Of a stretch of DNA of 64,000 nt, positions 49,085-61,417 are shown piece after piece. The position numbers were made by a program, and so were the translations under genes. Source of the stretch: an uncultured Anaerolineales bacterium (GTDB taxonomy: Bacteria > Chloroflexota > Anaerolineae > Epilineales > Epilineaceae); assembly GCA_964651245.1 (NCBI GenBank), contig CAZYVI010000010.1, forward strand, positions 93,182 to 157,181. The letters run 5' to 3'. The notes under the pieces were generated by a model, which had not been told where the DNA came from, made no database searches, and was given only the letters and a program-made list of their open reading frames with translations. Numbering within the stretch: position 1 is the stretch's first letter; each line of letters begins with the position of its first letter.

Positions 49085-49321
49085 ATGGCCGCTCGCCGCC
49101 TCACGAATCGCCTTCGCGTCGCCCGCGCCGAGCACGGCTGGTCGCAGGATGAGCTCGCCCGTCGGGCGGGCGTGACCCGCCAGACCGTCAGCTCGATCGA
49201 GACCGGCCAGTACGTGCCCTCGGCCCTGCTGGCGTTCGTGCTGGCCGAGCAGCTCGGCGTGCCGGTCGATGCGCTGTTCCGTCTCGAGCCGGCGTCGCCG
49301 GCCGAGCCGCCCAGGGAGTGA
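49085..49321 (+). CDS. XRE-family (Cro/C1-type) HTH transcriptional regulator, 78 aa
   Basis: LRVARAEHGWSQDELARRAGVTRQTVSSIETGQYVPSALLAFVLAEQLGVPVDALF. Confidence 0.75.
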   Translation: MAARRLTNRLRVARAEHGWSQDELARRAGVTRQTVSSIETGQYVPSALLAFVLAEQLGVPVDALFRLEPASPAEPPRE

Positions 49322-49326
49322 CGCTC

Positions 49327-49638
49327 ATGGCTCCGTCCACACCGTCCACACCGACCGAGATCGACCGCGACGAGCGCACGATCGCCGTCGAGCGGGCCGG
49401 GAACCGTTGGGCCTACCTTGTGCTCAGCTACGGCCTGCTGGCCAGCGTGGCCTACCGCAGCTTCGCCCGCCACGAGCAGCCGTGGGATCTGCTGGCACTC
49501 GTCGTGGCGGGCGGCGTCGTCAGCGCCGGCTACCAGGCCGCGCACCGCGCCCTGAGCCAGCGCTGGGCGGTCGTCGTCGTGACGACACTGGTCGTCGCCG
49601 CCGCGCTGGCCGCCGTGGCCGCCGGCGTGATGCGCTAG
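49327..49638 (+). CDS. small 2-TM membrane protein co-transcribed with the XRE regulator
   Basis: GGGAG lies 8 nt upstream of the ATG at 49327; an alternative GTG at 49318 overlaps the upstream stop. Two hydrophobic helices (WAYLVLSYGLLASVAY, VVVVTTLVVAAALAAVAAGV). Confidence 0.5.
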   Translation: MAPSTPSTPTEIDRDERTIAVERAGNRWAYLVLSYGLLASVAYRSFARHEQPWDLLALVVAGGVVSAGYQAAHRALSQRWAVVVVTTLVVAAALAAVAAGVMR

Positions 49639-49659
49639 CGGTCGCCGCGCCGCCGGCGG

Positions 49660-53442
<3,783 letters not shown>

Positions 53443-53591
53443 GGGCCTCCTCCTTCCCGCGGCTGCGGGGGCACGGGCGCTCTCGGGGCTGGGGCGATGC
53501 GGTGGCGAAGTATAGCGCCCCGCCGCCCGCCGACGGCGTATCATCGGCGCCACGATGCGCCGCCGTGGCGCCGCCCACCGAGGAGCGCTGC

Positions 53592-54458
53592 ATGGCCCGC
53601 CGCCCGAATCGCCGCCGACGACGGCTCGCCGTCGCCGCCGCGCTCGCCGGCGCGGCGGTCGGCGGCTTCGCCCTGCTGGCCCACCAGTCGGAGGCCATGT
53701 TCGAGGCTTCGGTCGGTATCGAGCACCTCGACGCCGTCGGCGTGCCGCGGCGCTGGCTCGACGGCCCGGATGGGCTGCGGCTGAGCTACTTCGAGCGCGG
53801 CGACCCCGCGCGCGGCCGCGTCGTCTACGTCCACGGCTCGCCGGGCGACGCGAACAACTGGTCCGCGTACGTCCGCGACCCCGTCGGCGGCATGCAGTCC
53901 ATCAGCTACGACCGCCCGGGCTTCGGCCAGACCACGCCCGGCGCGGCGCTGCCGTCGCTGGCGGACCAGGCGCGGGCGATGGCGCCGTTCCTGGCTGCGC
54001 CAGGCCCCAAGGCCGTCCTCGTCGGCCATTCGCTGGGCGGGCCGATCGTCGCCGCGGCCGCGCTCGCGCAACCCGACCGGGTGGCCGGCCTCGTCATCGC
54101 CGCGGGCTCGCTCGATCCGGCGCTGGAACGCTGGGCGTGGTTCAACCGCGCCGCCGACCTGGCCGCGCTGCGGCTGCTCCTGCCGGCGGCCTGGCGCCAC
54201 AGCAACGACGAGATCCGGACGCTGAAGGAGGAGCTCGACGCGCTCGGCGCCCGGCTGGGCGAGCTCGCCGTGCCGGTGATCGTCGTCCACAGCCGCGACG
54301 ACCGCCTGGTGCCCTTCGCCAACGTCGACTACCTGCGGCGCCGGCTGCCGCCGGCGACGCTCGAGGCGGTCGTGGCCCTCGACGACAAGGACCACTTCGT
54401 GATCTGGAACGCCGCCGACGTCGTGCGCGACGCCATCGCGCGGCTCGCGGACCGCTAG
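53592..54458 (+). CDS. alpha/beta-hydrolase fold protein with an N-terminal signal/anchor
   Basis: Basic N-terminus plus a hydrophobic helix. HGSPGD and nucleophile elbow GHSLGG. GAGGAG lies 7 nt upstream of the ATG. Confidence 0.7.
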   Translation: MARRPNRRRRRLAVAAALAGAAVGGFALLAHQSEAMFEASVGIEHLDAVGVPRRWLDGPDGLRLSYFERGDPARGRVVYVHGSPGDANNWSAYVRDPVGGMQSISYDRPGFGQTTPGAALPSLADQARAMAPFLAAPGPKAVLVGHSLGGPIVAAAALAQPDRVAGLVIAAGSLDPALERWAWFNRAADLAALRLLLPAAWRHSNDEIRTLKEELDALGARLGELAVPVIVVHSRDDRLVPFANVDYLRRRLPPATLEAVVALDDKDHFVIWNAADVVRDAIARLADR

Positions 54459-54632
54459 CGCGGCGGCCGTCCGCTGACGGCCCCGCCGGGGGCGCGACGC
54501 GCCTCAAGCGCATTTACGATATAATCACGCCAGCTTTCCCGCGGGAACCAAGCGGCGCGGCCGCGCGCGGCGCGCCCGCCGGAGCCCTGCGGCACGCCGA
54601 CGAGCGCGCCGGCGACAGAGGAAGGGGCCGAC

Positions 54633-56369
54633 GTGGCGACGACACAGCCGTTCCGCATCCGACTGCTCGGCACGTTCGCCCTCGAGCGCGATGGCCATGA
54701 AGTGCAGCGCTTCCACGCCAACCGCCCGGAGCTGCTGCTGATGTACATGGCGGTGGCCCCCGACACCTGGCACCTGCGCAAGTCGATCGCGGCCGATCTC
54801 TGGCCGGCGACGGACGTCTCGACGGCCCGCAAGCACCTCTCCTACAACCTGTTCTTGCTCAAGAAGATCACCGCCGGGCACGGCCTCGAGACGCCGTTCG
54901 AGGAGACCCGCCACGCGCTCCGCCTCCGGCCCGACCTGGGCCTCGACACGCGCGACTTCCTGCACGCCTTGGCCGCCGCCGGCGCCGCGCAGACCGTCGA
55001 CGGGCGGCTGCGACACCTCGAGGCGGCGCTCGAGCTCTACGGCCAGGGCCTGCTGCCGTCGCACCGCCAGCCGTGGCTGACGGTGCCGCAGCAGCGGCTG
55101 GCCGAGCTGGCCGACGGGGCGCGCCAGATGATGACGGTGGCCCTGCCGGCGCCCGCGGCGGCGATCGCCGGCCAGCTGCCGGGCCTCGCCGGCGCCTGGG
55201 CGCCGGGTGGTCCGATCGGCCTGGCCTCCGACGGCGGTCCCGCGCCGGCGTTCCCCGGCCTCGTCGACGGGCCGGCCGAGGCGCCGCCGCACGACGGCGA
55301 CGAGGCGGGCTGGACGCTCGGCGCGTGGGCGGCCTGGGCGGACGAGGCCGAGGCCGCGGTGCACGGACCGGACCGCGACGCCTGGCTGGCGCAGTTCGAT
55401 GACCGCGCCGCCGCCCTCGCCGACGCGGTCGAGCACGCCATCCGCCGCGGCCGCGCCCTCGAGGCGCTGCCGATCTGCGCCGCGCTGTCGGACTACTACC
55501 GCCTCCGCCGCCGCCTGCCCGAGGGGCGTCGCCTGCTCGACCGCCTGCTGGCCGAGGTCCGCGCCGTCCCGCCGCAGCTGCACGCCCGGGCGCTGCACAG
55601 CGCCGGCACGATGGCCTACTTCGACGGCGACCGCGAGACCGCCCGGCGCCGGCTCGAGCAGGCGCTGGCCCGCTGGCGGGCGCTCAAGGAGCCCGGCGTC
55701 GGGCTGCTGCGGACGCTGGGCAACCTCGCCATCGCGCTGCAGGGCCTCCACGAGCTCGACCGGGCGGCCGAGATCTACGACCAGTGCCTGGCGATGGCCC
55801 AGCGCCTCGATGAGCCGCGGCTGGCCGCGACGGCGCTCTACAACGCGGCCCAGAACGAGATCCGCCGCCGCGACCCGGCGCGGGCGCGCGCGCTCATCGC
55901 CCAGCGCCAGGCGCTGCTGGCCGAGCGGCCCGACGTCGTCGAGCTGGCGCGCACCTACGCGCTCGAGGCGGCCGTCGACATCCTGCTCGGCGCCCCGGAC
56001 GACGCCCGCCACGCGGCGGCGCTCGCCTTGTCGCTCTACACGTCGGCGGGCGATGGCGACGGCACTGCGCACGCGCTGCGGCTGCTCGGCCAGATCGCCC
56101 TGGCGGACGGCGACGCTGACGGCGCCGAAGCGCACTACGACGAGAGCCTCGCGGTGGCCGAGCGGAGCCGCAGCTTCTGGGACGTCGGCCAGTCGCTGGC
56201 CGGCCTGGCGCTCGTCTACCGCGAGCGCGGCGACGAGGCCAAGGCGCAGGCGACCTACCTGCGCGCCAGCGGCCTGCTGCGCGCCGCGCAGGACGACGAG
56301 AGCGTCCGGCGCCTGGCGGCCGAGTTCGCGGCCCGCGCCCCGGCGACGGCGCCCGCGGTCGCCGGCTAG
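54633..56369 (+). CDS. SARP-family transcriptional activator (OmpR-type winged-helix, BTAD and TPR)
   Basis: FRIRLLGTFALERDGHEV N-terminal DNA-binding domain, BTAD region, and TPR-like repeats. GTG start with GAGGAAGGGG upstream. Promoter-like TATAAT at 54520-54525 gives a leader of about 108 nt. Confidence 0.75.
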   Translation: MATTQPFRIRLLGTFALERDGHEVQRFHANRPELLLMYMAVAPDTWHLRKSIAADLWPATDVSTARKHLSYNLFLLKKITAGHGLETPFEETRHALRLRPDLGLDTRDFLHALAAAGAAQTVDGRLRHLEAALELYGQGLLPSHRQPWLTVPQQRLAELADGARQMMTVALPAPAAAIAGQLPGLAGAWAPGGPIGLASDGGPAPAFPGLVDGPAEAPPHDGDEAGWTLGAWAAWADEAEAAVHGPDRDAWLAQFDDRAAALADAVEHAIRRGRALEALPICAALSDYYRLRRRLPEGRRLLDRLLAEVRAVPPQLHARALHSAGTMAYFDGDRETARRRLEQALARWRALKEPGVGLLRTLGNLAIALQGLHELDRAAEIYDQCLAMAQRLDEPRLAATALYNAAQNEIRRRDPARARALIAQRQALLAERPDVVELARTYALEAAVDILLGAPDDARHAAALALSLYTSAGDGDGTAHALRLLGQIALADGDADGAEAHYDESLAVAERSRSFWDVGQSLAGLALVYRERGDEAKAQATYLRASGLLRAAQDDESVRRLAAEFAARAPATAPAVAG

Positions 56370-56435
56370 CGGCCGGGGTCACGGCCCAACCGACACGCGG
56401 GCCCGGCGCTTCGAGCCCGCGCGATCGGCCATTCG

Positions 56436-56459
56436 CCGGGCCGGCGATCGCCGGCCCGG
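56436..56459. terminator. perfect 24-bp GC palindrome between convergent genes (possible bidirectional terminator)
   Basis: ccgggccggcgatcgccggcccgg equals its own reverse complement. It lies 67 nt after the SARP stop and 20 nt after the stop of the convergent secreted-protein gene. Confidence 0.45.
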
Positions 56460-56478
56460 TGGGCGAGCGGCGATCCGG

Positions 56479-56922
56479 CTACTCGAACACCAGGTCGACC
56501 TGGTCGTCGCCGTGGCCGCCGTCGATGACGTGGCTCGGGTTGAGCGTCGTGGCGGCAGGCTTGCGGCCGGCGAGCACGCCCTCGAGCGGGGCGTAGACCA
56601 CGTAGTCGGCATCGGCGGCGAGGCCGGCGAAGGCGTAGCGGCCGTCGCCCGCCGTGAGCGCGGCGCCGGCCGGCAGCGGCACGCCGGCCACACAGCGCGC
56701 CAGCAGGACCGCGGCGCCGGCGATCGGCGTGCCGGCGTCCGACGTGACCGTGCCGCCGATGAACGGCACCGCCGGCCCGGGGTGCGGGTCGCCCGGCCCT
56801 TGGCCGCCGGTCGGGCACACCGTGCCGCCGGCGACGATGGCCGCCGGCCGGGCAGCGACGAGGCCCAGCACCACCCACACACCCGCCACGAGCGCACGGC
56901 GTCCCCAACCACGGCGATTCAT
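56479..56922 (-). CDS. small secreted protein with a carboxypeptidase-regulatory-like (CarbopepD_reg) beta-sandwich
   Basis: Signal peptide MNRRGWGRRALVAGVWVVLGLVAARPAAIVA, then GTVTSDAGTPIAGAAVLL...GDGRYAFAGL. GGAGG lies 7 nt upstream of the ATG. Confidence 0.55.
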   Translation of the reverse strand: MNRRGWGRRALVAGVWVVLGLVAARPAAIVAGGTVCPTGGQGPGDPHPGPAVPFIGGTVTSDAGTPIAGAAVLLARCVAGVPLPAGAALTAGDGRYAFAGLAADADYVVYAPLEGVLAGRKPAATTLNPSHVIDGGHGDDQVDLVFE

Positions 56923-57152
56923 CCGAGCACCTCCACGCTTCGCAGGGCCCCGGGGGAGGGAGCAACGGTGCGGAACGACCGTCCCGGCGGCTGTATGATT
57001 TCTATTTGTATCAGAAACGGTGCCGGTTGGCTACTGCATCCGTACGCTCGATTGCGACGCACGCCGGCGGCGGTCCGATACCGGCGGTTTGCCGCAGCGG
57101 ACGACGCCGGGTCGGCCGAGCGCGACGCGAACCCGGCGGGCCGCCCGCGGCC

Positions 57153-58829
57153 TCAGGGGCGCGGCGCCGCGCCGGCGGACCCCACCGCGGCCGCGTGGAT
57201 CGCCTCGTCGGCGCCCCAGTGCATCGCGTCGCGGCCGAGCGCGGCCACGATGCCGCCGCGCTCGAGCTGGGCCTGGACGTCGGGCTGGACGGCGGCCAGC
57301 AGGAGCCGCGCGCCGCGCGCGGCCAGGCGCTCGTGGAGGTGCGCCATCGCCAGCAGGCCCGAGGTGTCGACGAGCGGGACGCCGCGCATCGACAGGATCA
57401 GGACGCGGACGTCGTCGAGACGGGCGAACGCTTCGTTGAACGTGCCGACGGCGGCGAAGAAGAGCGGCCCGGAGAGGTAGGCCACCCGGATCCCGGCGTA
57501 GGGGTCGGGCCAGGCAAGCGGCAGCGGGTCGCGCAGCCGCGCCGGGTCGACGGCGACGACCTCGACGCGCAACGCGGCGATGCGGCCGATGAACACCACC
57601 GCCGACAGCGCCACGCCCAGCAGGATCGCCTGGGTGAGGTCGAGCGCGATCGTGGCCAGCATCGTCACGGCGAACTTCAGCTGGGCCGACGTCAGCCGGT
57701 GGCGCCACATGAAGCCGATGGCCTCCCACTCGTTCATCCGCCAGGCGGTGACGATGAGGACGCCGGCCAAGGCGCACAGCGGCACGGCGGCCATGAGCGG
57801 CGCGCCGACGAGCACCGTCGCCAGGAGCGCCGCGCTGTGGACCAGGCTCACGACCCGCGTCTTGCCGCCGCTCTTGATGCCGACGCTCGAGCGCGCGATC
57901 GCCGCCGTGGCCGGCACGCCGCCGAAGAACGGGATCACCAGGTTGCCGAGGCCCTGGGCGATCAGCTCCTGGTTGGCGCGCAGCCGGATGCCGGTCATCT
58001 GGCTGCCGACGGCCCCGCACAGCAGGCTCTCGATCGCGCCCAGCGCCGCGATGGACAGCGCCGGCGCCACGAGGCCGCGCCAGGCGTCCAGCGGCAGCGC
58101 AGCCAGGGTGAGTCGGTCGTCGAGGAGAAGCCGGCGCGGGATGTCGCCGATGCGATCCACCGGCCAGCCGAGCCACGACGCCACCGCCGTGGCGGCTACG
58201 AGGCCGACGAGCGAGGCCGGCACCCGCTGCCAGCGCCGCGGCCACAGGACCATGACGGCCATGACGAGCCCGCCGAGCGCCAGCGGCAGGACGTGCGGCG
58301 TCGGCGGCTGGCGGACCAGGGCGACGAGCTTGAGCAGCGCGGTCTCGGCCGGCGGCGTGGCGGTGCCGAACCAGGCGTCGACCTGTCCGATGGCGATGAT
58401 CAGGGCGATGCCGCTGGTGAAGCCGGTGATGACCGGCGACGGGATGAACGCCACGAACCGCCCCAGCCGCAGCAGCCCGACGGCCAGCAGCACCAGCCCG
58501 GCCAGCGCTCCGGCTGCCCAGACGCCCTCGAGGCCGTAGCGCGTCGCCAGGCCCACCAGGATCGCGCTCATGGCGCCGGTCGGGCCCGAGATCTGGTAGG
58601 GCGCCCCGGACAGCGCGCCGATGATCAGGCCAGCCAGGATCGCCGTCACCAGCCCGGCGGCCGGCGTGGCGCCCGACGCGACGCCGAACGCCAGCGCCAG
58701 CGGCAGCGCCACCGCCGCCACCGTCAGGCCGGCCAGCGCGTCGCGGGTGAGGTCCGGCAGCCGGTAGCGACCGAACTCCTCGCGGTACAGTTCACGCAGC
58801 GTGGCGAACGGTCGGCTGGCGATCGACAT
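57153..58829 (-). CDS. SulP-family anion permease with a C-terminal STAS domain
   Basis: AYAGIRVAYLSGPLFFAAVGTF, 10 or more TM helices, and the C-terminal STAS VRVLILSMRGVPLVDTSGLLAM. Confidence 0.8.
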   Translation of the reverse strand: MSIASRPFATLRELYREEFGRYRLPDLTRDALAGLTVAAVALPLALAFGVASGATPAAGLVTAILAGLIIGALSGAPYQISGPTGAMSAILVGLATRYGLEGVWAAGALAGLVLLAVGLLRLGRFVAFIPSPVITGFTSGIALIIAIGQVDAWFGTATPPAETALLKLVALVRQPPTPHVLPLALGGLVMAVMVLWPRRWQRVPASLVGLVAATAVASWLGWPVDRIGDIPRRLLLDDRLTLAALPLDAWRGLVAPALSIAALGAIESLLCGAVGSQMTGIRLRANQELIAQGLGNLVIPFFGGVPATAAIARSSVGIKSGGKTRVVSLVHSAALLATVLVGAPLMAAVPLCALAGVLIVTAWRMNEWEAIGFMWRHRLTSAQLKFAVTMLATIALDLTQAILLGVALSAVVFIGRIAALRVEVVAVDPARLRDPLPLAWPDPYAGIRVAYLSGPLFFAAVGTFNEAFARLDDVRVLILSMRGVPLVDTSGLLAMAHLHERLAARGARLLLAAVQPDVQAQLERGGIVAALGRDAMHWGADEAIHAAAVGSAGAAPRP

Positions 58830-58948
58830 GCGCACCCCCTGGCGCGGGCGGGTCCGCGCGCCGGCGCGCGCGGTGTGGCCGGCGCCGGGGCGGAGTATGC
58901 GGCCGGGGTTGCGCGGCGGGCGAGATTTCGGCGGGCCTCCGGCGACGA

Positions 58949-61336
58949 TCAGCGCACCCGCACCGGCGCCAGCGCCAGCTCGTGGCCGAAGACGTCGACG
59001 CTCAGGCCGCCGCGCTCGGGATCGTAGACCTTGACGAACAGCGTGTAGGCGTCCGGCGGGGCATCGGCGGAGACGGCCACCGGCTGGGCGTCGACGACGA
59101 CCTCGCCGGGCCGCCAGGCCGACGTCGGCCGGGCGCCGTCGGCGGGCGCCTCGTCGCGCTGGCCCCAGGTCTCGGCCGCACCGCGCCGGAGCTGGACCGA
59201 GACCTTGAGGTCGCGTCCCACGGCCCGGGTGGCGCGCCAGTACAACGTCAACGGCACCGTGGCGCCGGGCCGGACCGCGCGCGTCGGCAGCGCGTAGCCC
59301 ACCAGCTCGATCCGGTCGCCGAAGCGCACCCGCATCGGCGACGGGACGCCGTCGCGCCCGACGGCCGCCGCGACGACGACGCGGCCGACGGTGACCGCCC
59401 GATCGACGACGGCCGCGGCGTCGTCGACGGCGCCGGCAACCGCCGCGCCGCCGCCGAGGGGCGCGACGCGGCGGCCGTCGCGGGCGTCGTACAGCCCGAC
59501 GATCACGCGGCAGTCGCACGGAGCGGCGGTGGACGGCGGCAGGTCGAAGGCGTGGCGGTCGGGGATGCCGGCGTCCAGGGGCCAGTCCGACGTCGGCCAG
59601 CGGCCGCCGGCCGGCATGCTGTCGTGCTGGGCGACGACGAGGCCGTCGCCGTCGACGAGGTGCACGAACACTGACAGGTCGCGGGAGATCGGCGCCGTCG
59701 TCGACCAGACCAGGTCGACCGTCAGGCGCTCGCCGGGGCGCACCGGCGTGGCCGGGTCGCCGGCTGGCGCGACGGCGGCGCGGTGCAGGGTGATGCCGCC
59801 TTCGAACGTGGCCCGGACGTCATCGCCGACCGCCACCGTCGCCGGCGGCCGGTAGGCGGGCGCCGCGACGGCGGCCAGCAGCCAGGCCGACAGGGCGGCC
59901 CAGAGGCCGACGACGAGCCAGGGCCAGCGCGCGGCGTCGCCGGCCTGGCCATGCGGCGCGCCGGCGGCACCGGCGCCGTCGCGGCGCCCGCCGCCCGCGC
60001 GCCGGCGCGCCCACGCCGAGGCGTCGGCGGCGCGCCCGGCGAGCCAGCGCGCCACCTCGTCCCAGCCCACGGCCAGCACCACGGCCAGGGCCGGCAGGGC
60101 CGGGAACAGGAGTCGCCCCTGCGGGAACTGCACCCGCGCCCAGAGCACGACGCCCAGCGCCAGCGACGCCACCGCCAGCGCGCCCAGCCCCACCGCCTGC
60201 CGCGTCCGCCGGCCGCGCCGCACGGCCGCCGCCGCCGCGCCGGCCGCGCCCAGCGCCTGCGCGGCGCCGAGGGCGACGAAGACGGCGTCGGGCGCCGGCA
60301 GGTTGTACCACCCGAACACCGCCCAGGCGCTCTTCCAGACGCCGCCGAGCTGGCCCAGCAACTCGGCCAGGCCCGGCGGGCTCGGCCGGCGCGGCATCGC
60401 CGCCCACATCAGCGGCAGCCCGGTCGGGTCGCCGAAGCGCCACAGGTTGCGCGCCGGCCACCAGCCGGCCACCGCGGCCAGCGCCAGCGCGAACGCGCCG
60501 GCCGGTCGCGCCAGGCGCGCCGCGCCGCCCCCGCCGCGGGGCGCGCCGACGAGGGCCGCCGCGGCCACGGGCAGCAGGAAGAGCCCGTTGAGCTTGGCCA
60601 GCACGGCCAGGCCGCACGCCGTGCCAAGCCCGGCCGCGCGCCCGACGGTCGGGCCGCCGTCGACGACGCGGGCGGCGGCCCAGAGGACGACGGCGCCGGC
60701 GGCCAGGGCGGCGATGTCGTTGCTGACCTGGCTGCCGAAGAACAGCGTGGCCGGCGAGAGGCCGACCGTCGCCGCCGCCGCGGCGGCCACCGCCGGCCGG
60801 TCGGGCAGCAGCCGGCGGGCGGCGGCGTGCGTGGCGGCGACGGCGGCCAGCGCCAGCGCCAGGCTGACGAGGCCGGCGACGCGGGCGGCGCGGGCCGTGC
60901 CACGCCACGGGAAGCGCTCGCCGGGCGGGTGGAGGACGCGGTTCGCATTGCCGCCGGATGCGGCGACGCCGACGGCGGCGTGCGGGTTGTCGCGCACGGC
61001 GCGGTCGGCGTCACCGCGGTCGAAGCCGCGGACGGCCAGCGCGACGAGGGCGTAGTAGAGGGGCGGTTGGCTGCCTTCCTGCCGCCACGGCGCATCGCGC
61101 GCCTGCTCGACCGACACCGGCAGCCCGCCGCCGTCGGCCAGGTGCGACGCGAAGTGCCAGTGCCAGATGCCGTCGGGCGCCTCCCACGGCGGGACGCGCC
61201 ACCACCACGCCAGCCCGAGCGCCAGCGTCAGGCCGAGGACGGCGGCCAGCGGCGGCGGGCGGCGGGCGGGCGGGGCGGGGCGGGGCACGGCCGCCAGTGT
61301 GCCATTGCCCCCCGCCGCCCGGCCAGCGGCTATCAT
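58949..61336 (-). CDS. glycosyltransferase family 39 / PMT_2-like membrane protein (third copy) with a C-terminal extracytoplasmic domain
   Basis: WEAPDGIWHWHFASH and QPPLYYALV motifs, many TM helices. GGGGAGGG lies 4 nt upstream of the ATG at 61334-61336. The extension to 63706 in the ORF track is junk. Confidence 0.55.
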   Translation of the reverse strand: MIAAGRAAGGNGTLAAVPRPAPPARRPPPLAAVLGLTLALGLAWWWRVPPWEAPDGIWHWHFASHLADGGGLPVSVEQARDAPWRQEGSQPPLYYALVALAVRGFDRGDADRAVRDNPHAAVGVAASGGNANRVLHPPGERFPWRGTARAARVAGLVSLALALAAVAATHAAARRLLPDRPAVAAAAAATVGLSPATLFFGSQVSNDIAALAAGAVVLWAAARVVDGGPTVGRAAGLGTACGLAVLAKLNGLFLLPVAAAALVGAPRGGGGAARLARPAGAFALALAAVAGWWPARNLWRFGDPTGLPLMWAAMPRRPSPPGLAELLGQLGGVWKSAWAVFGWYNLPAPDAVFVALGAAQALGAAGAAAAAVRRGRRTRQAVGLGALAVASLALGVVLWARVQFPQGRLLFPALPALAVVLAVGWDEVARWLAGRAADASAWARRRAGGGRRDGAGAAGAPHGQAGDAARWPWLVVGLWAALSAWLLAAVAAPAYRPPATVAVGDDVRATFEGGITLHRAAVAPAGDPATPVRPGERLTVDLVWSTTAPISRDLSVFVHLVDGDGLVVAQHDSMPAGGRWPTSDWPLDAGIPDRHAFDLPPSTAAPCDCRVIVGLYDARDGRRVAPLGGGAAVAGAVDDAAAVVDRAVTVGRVVVAAAVGRDGVPSPMRVRFGDRIELVGYALPTRAVRPGATVPLTLYWRATRAVGRDLKVSVQLRRGAAETWGQRDEAPADGARPTSAWRPGEVVVDAQPVAVSADAPPDAYTLFVKVYDPERGGLSVDVFGHELALAPVRVR

Positions 61337-61417
61337 CCGGCCCTCCCCACCGCCGCGCGCGCCGCGGTCCGGTCGCCGCCATCGGCGCCGGCCGGCGCGC
61401 CGTCCCGAGGATGCGCC

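Noticed and set aside
54525-56135. 536-aa minus-strand ORF.
   Set aside because: It is antisense to the SARP regulator and Arg-rich. The plus-strand frame carries the OmpR-like/BTAD/TPR sequence.
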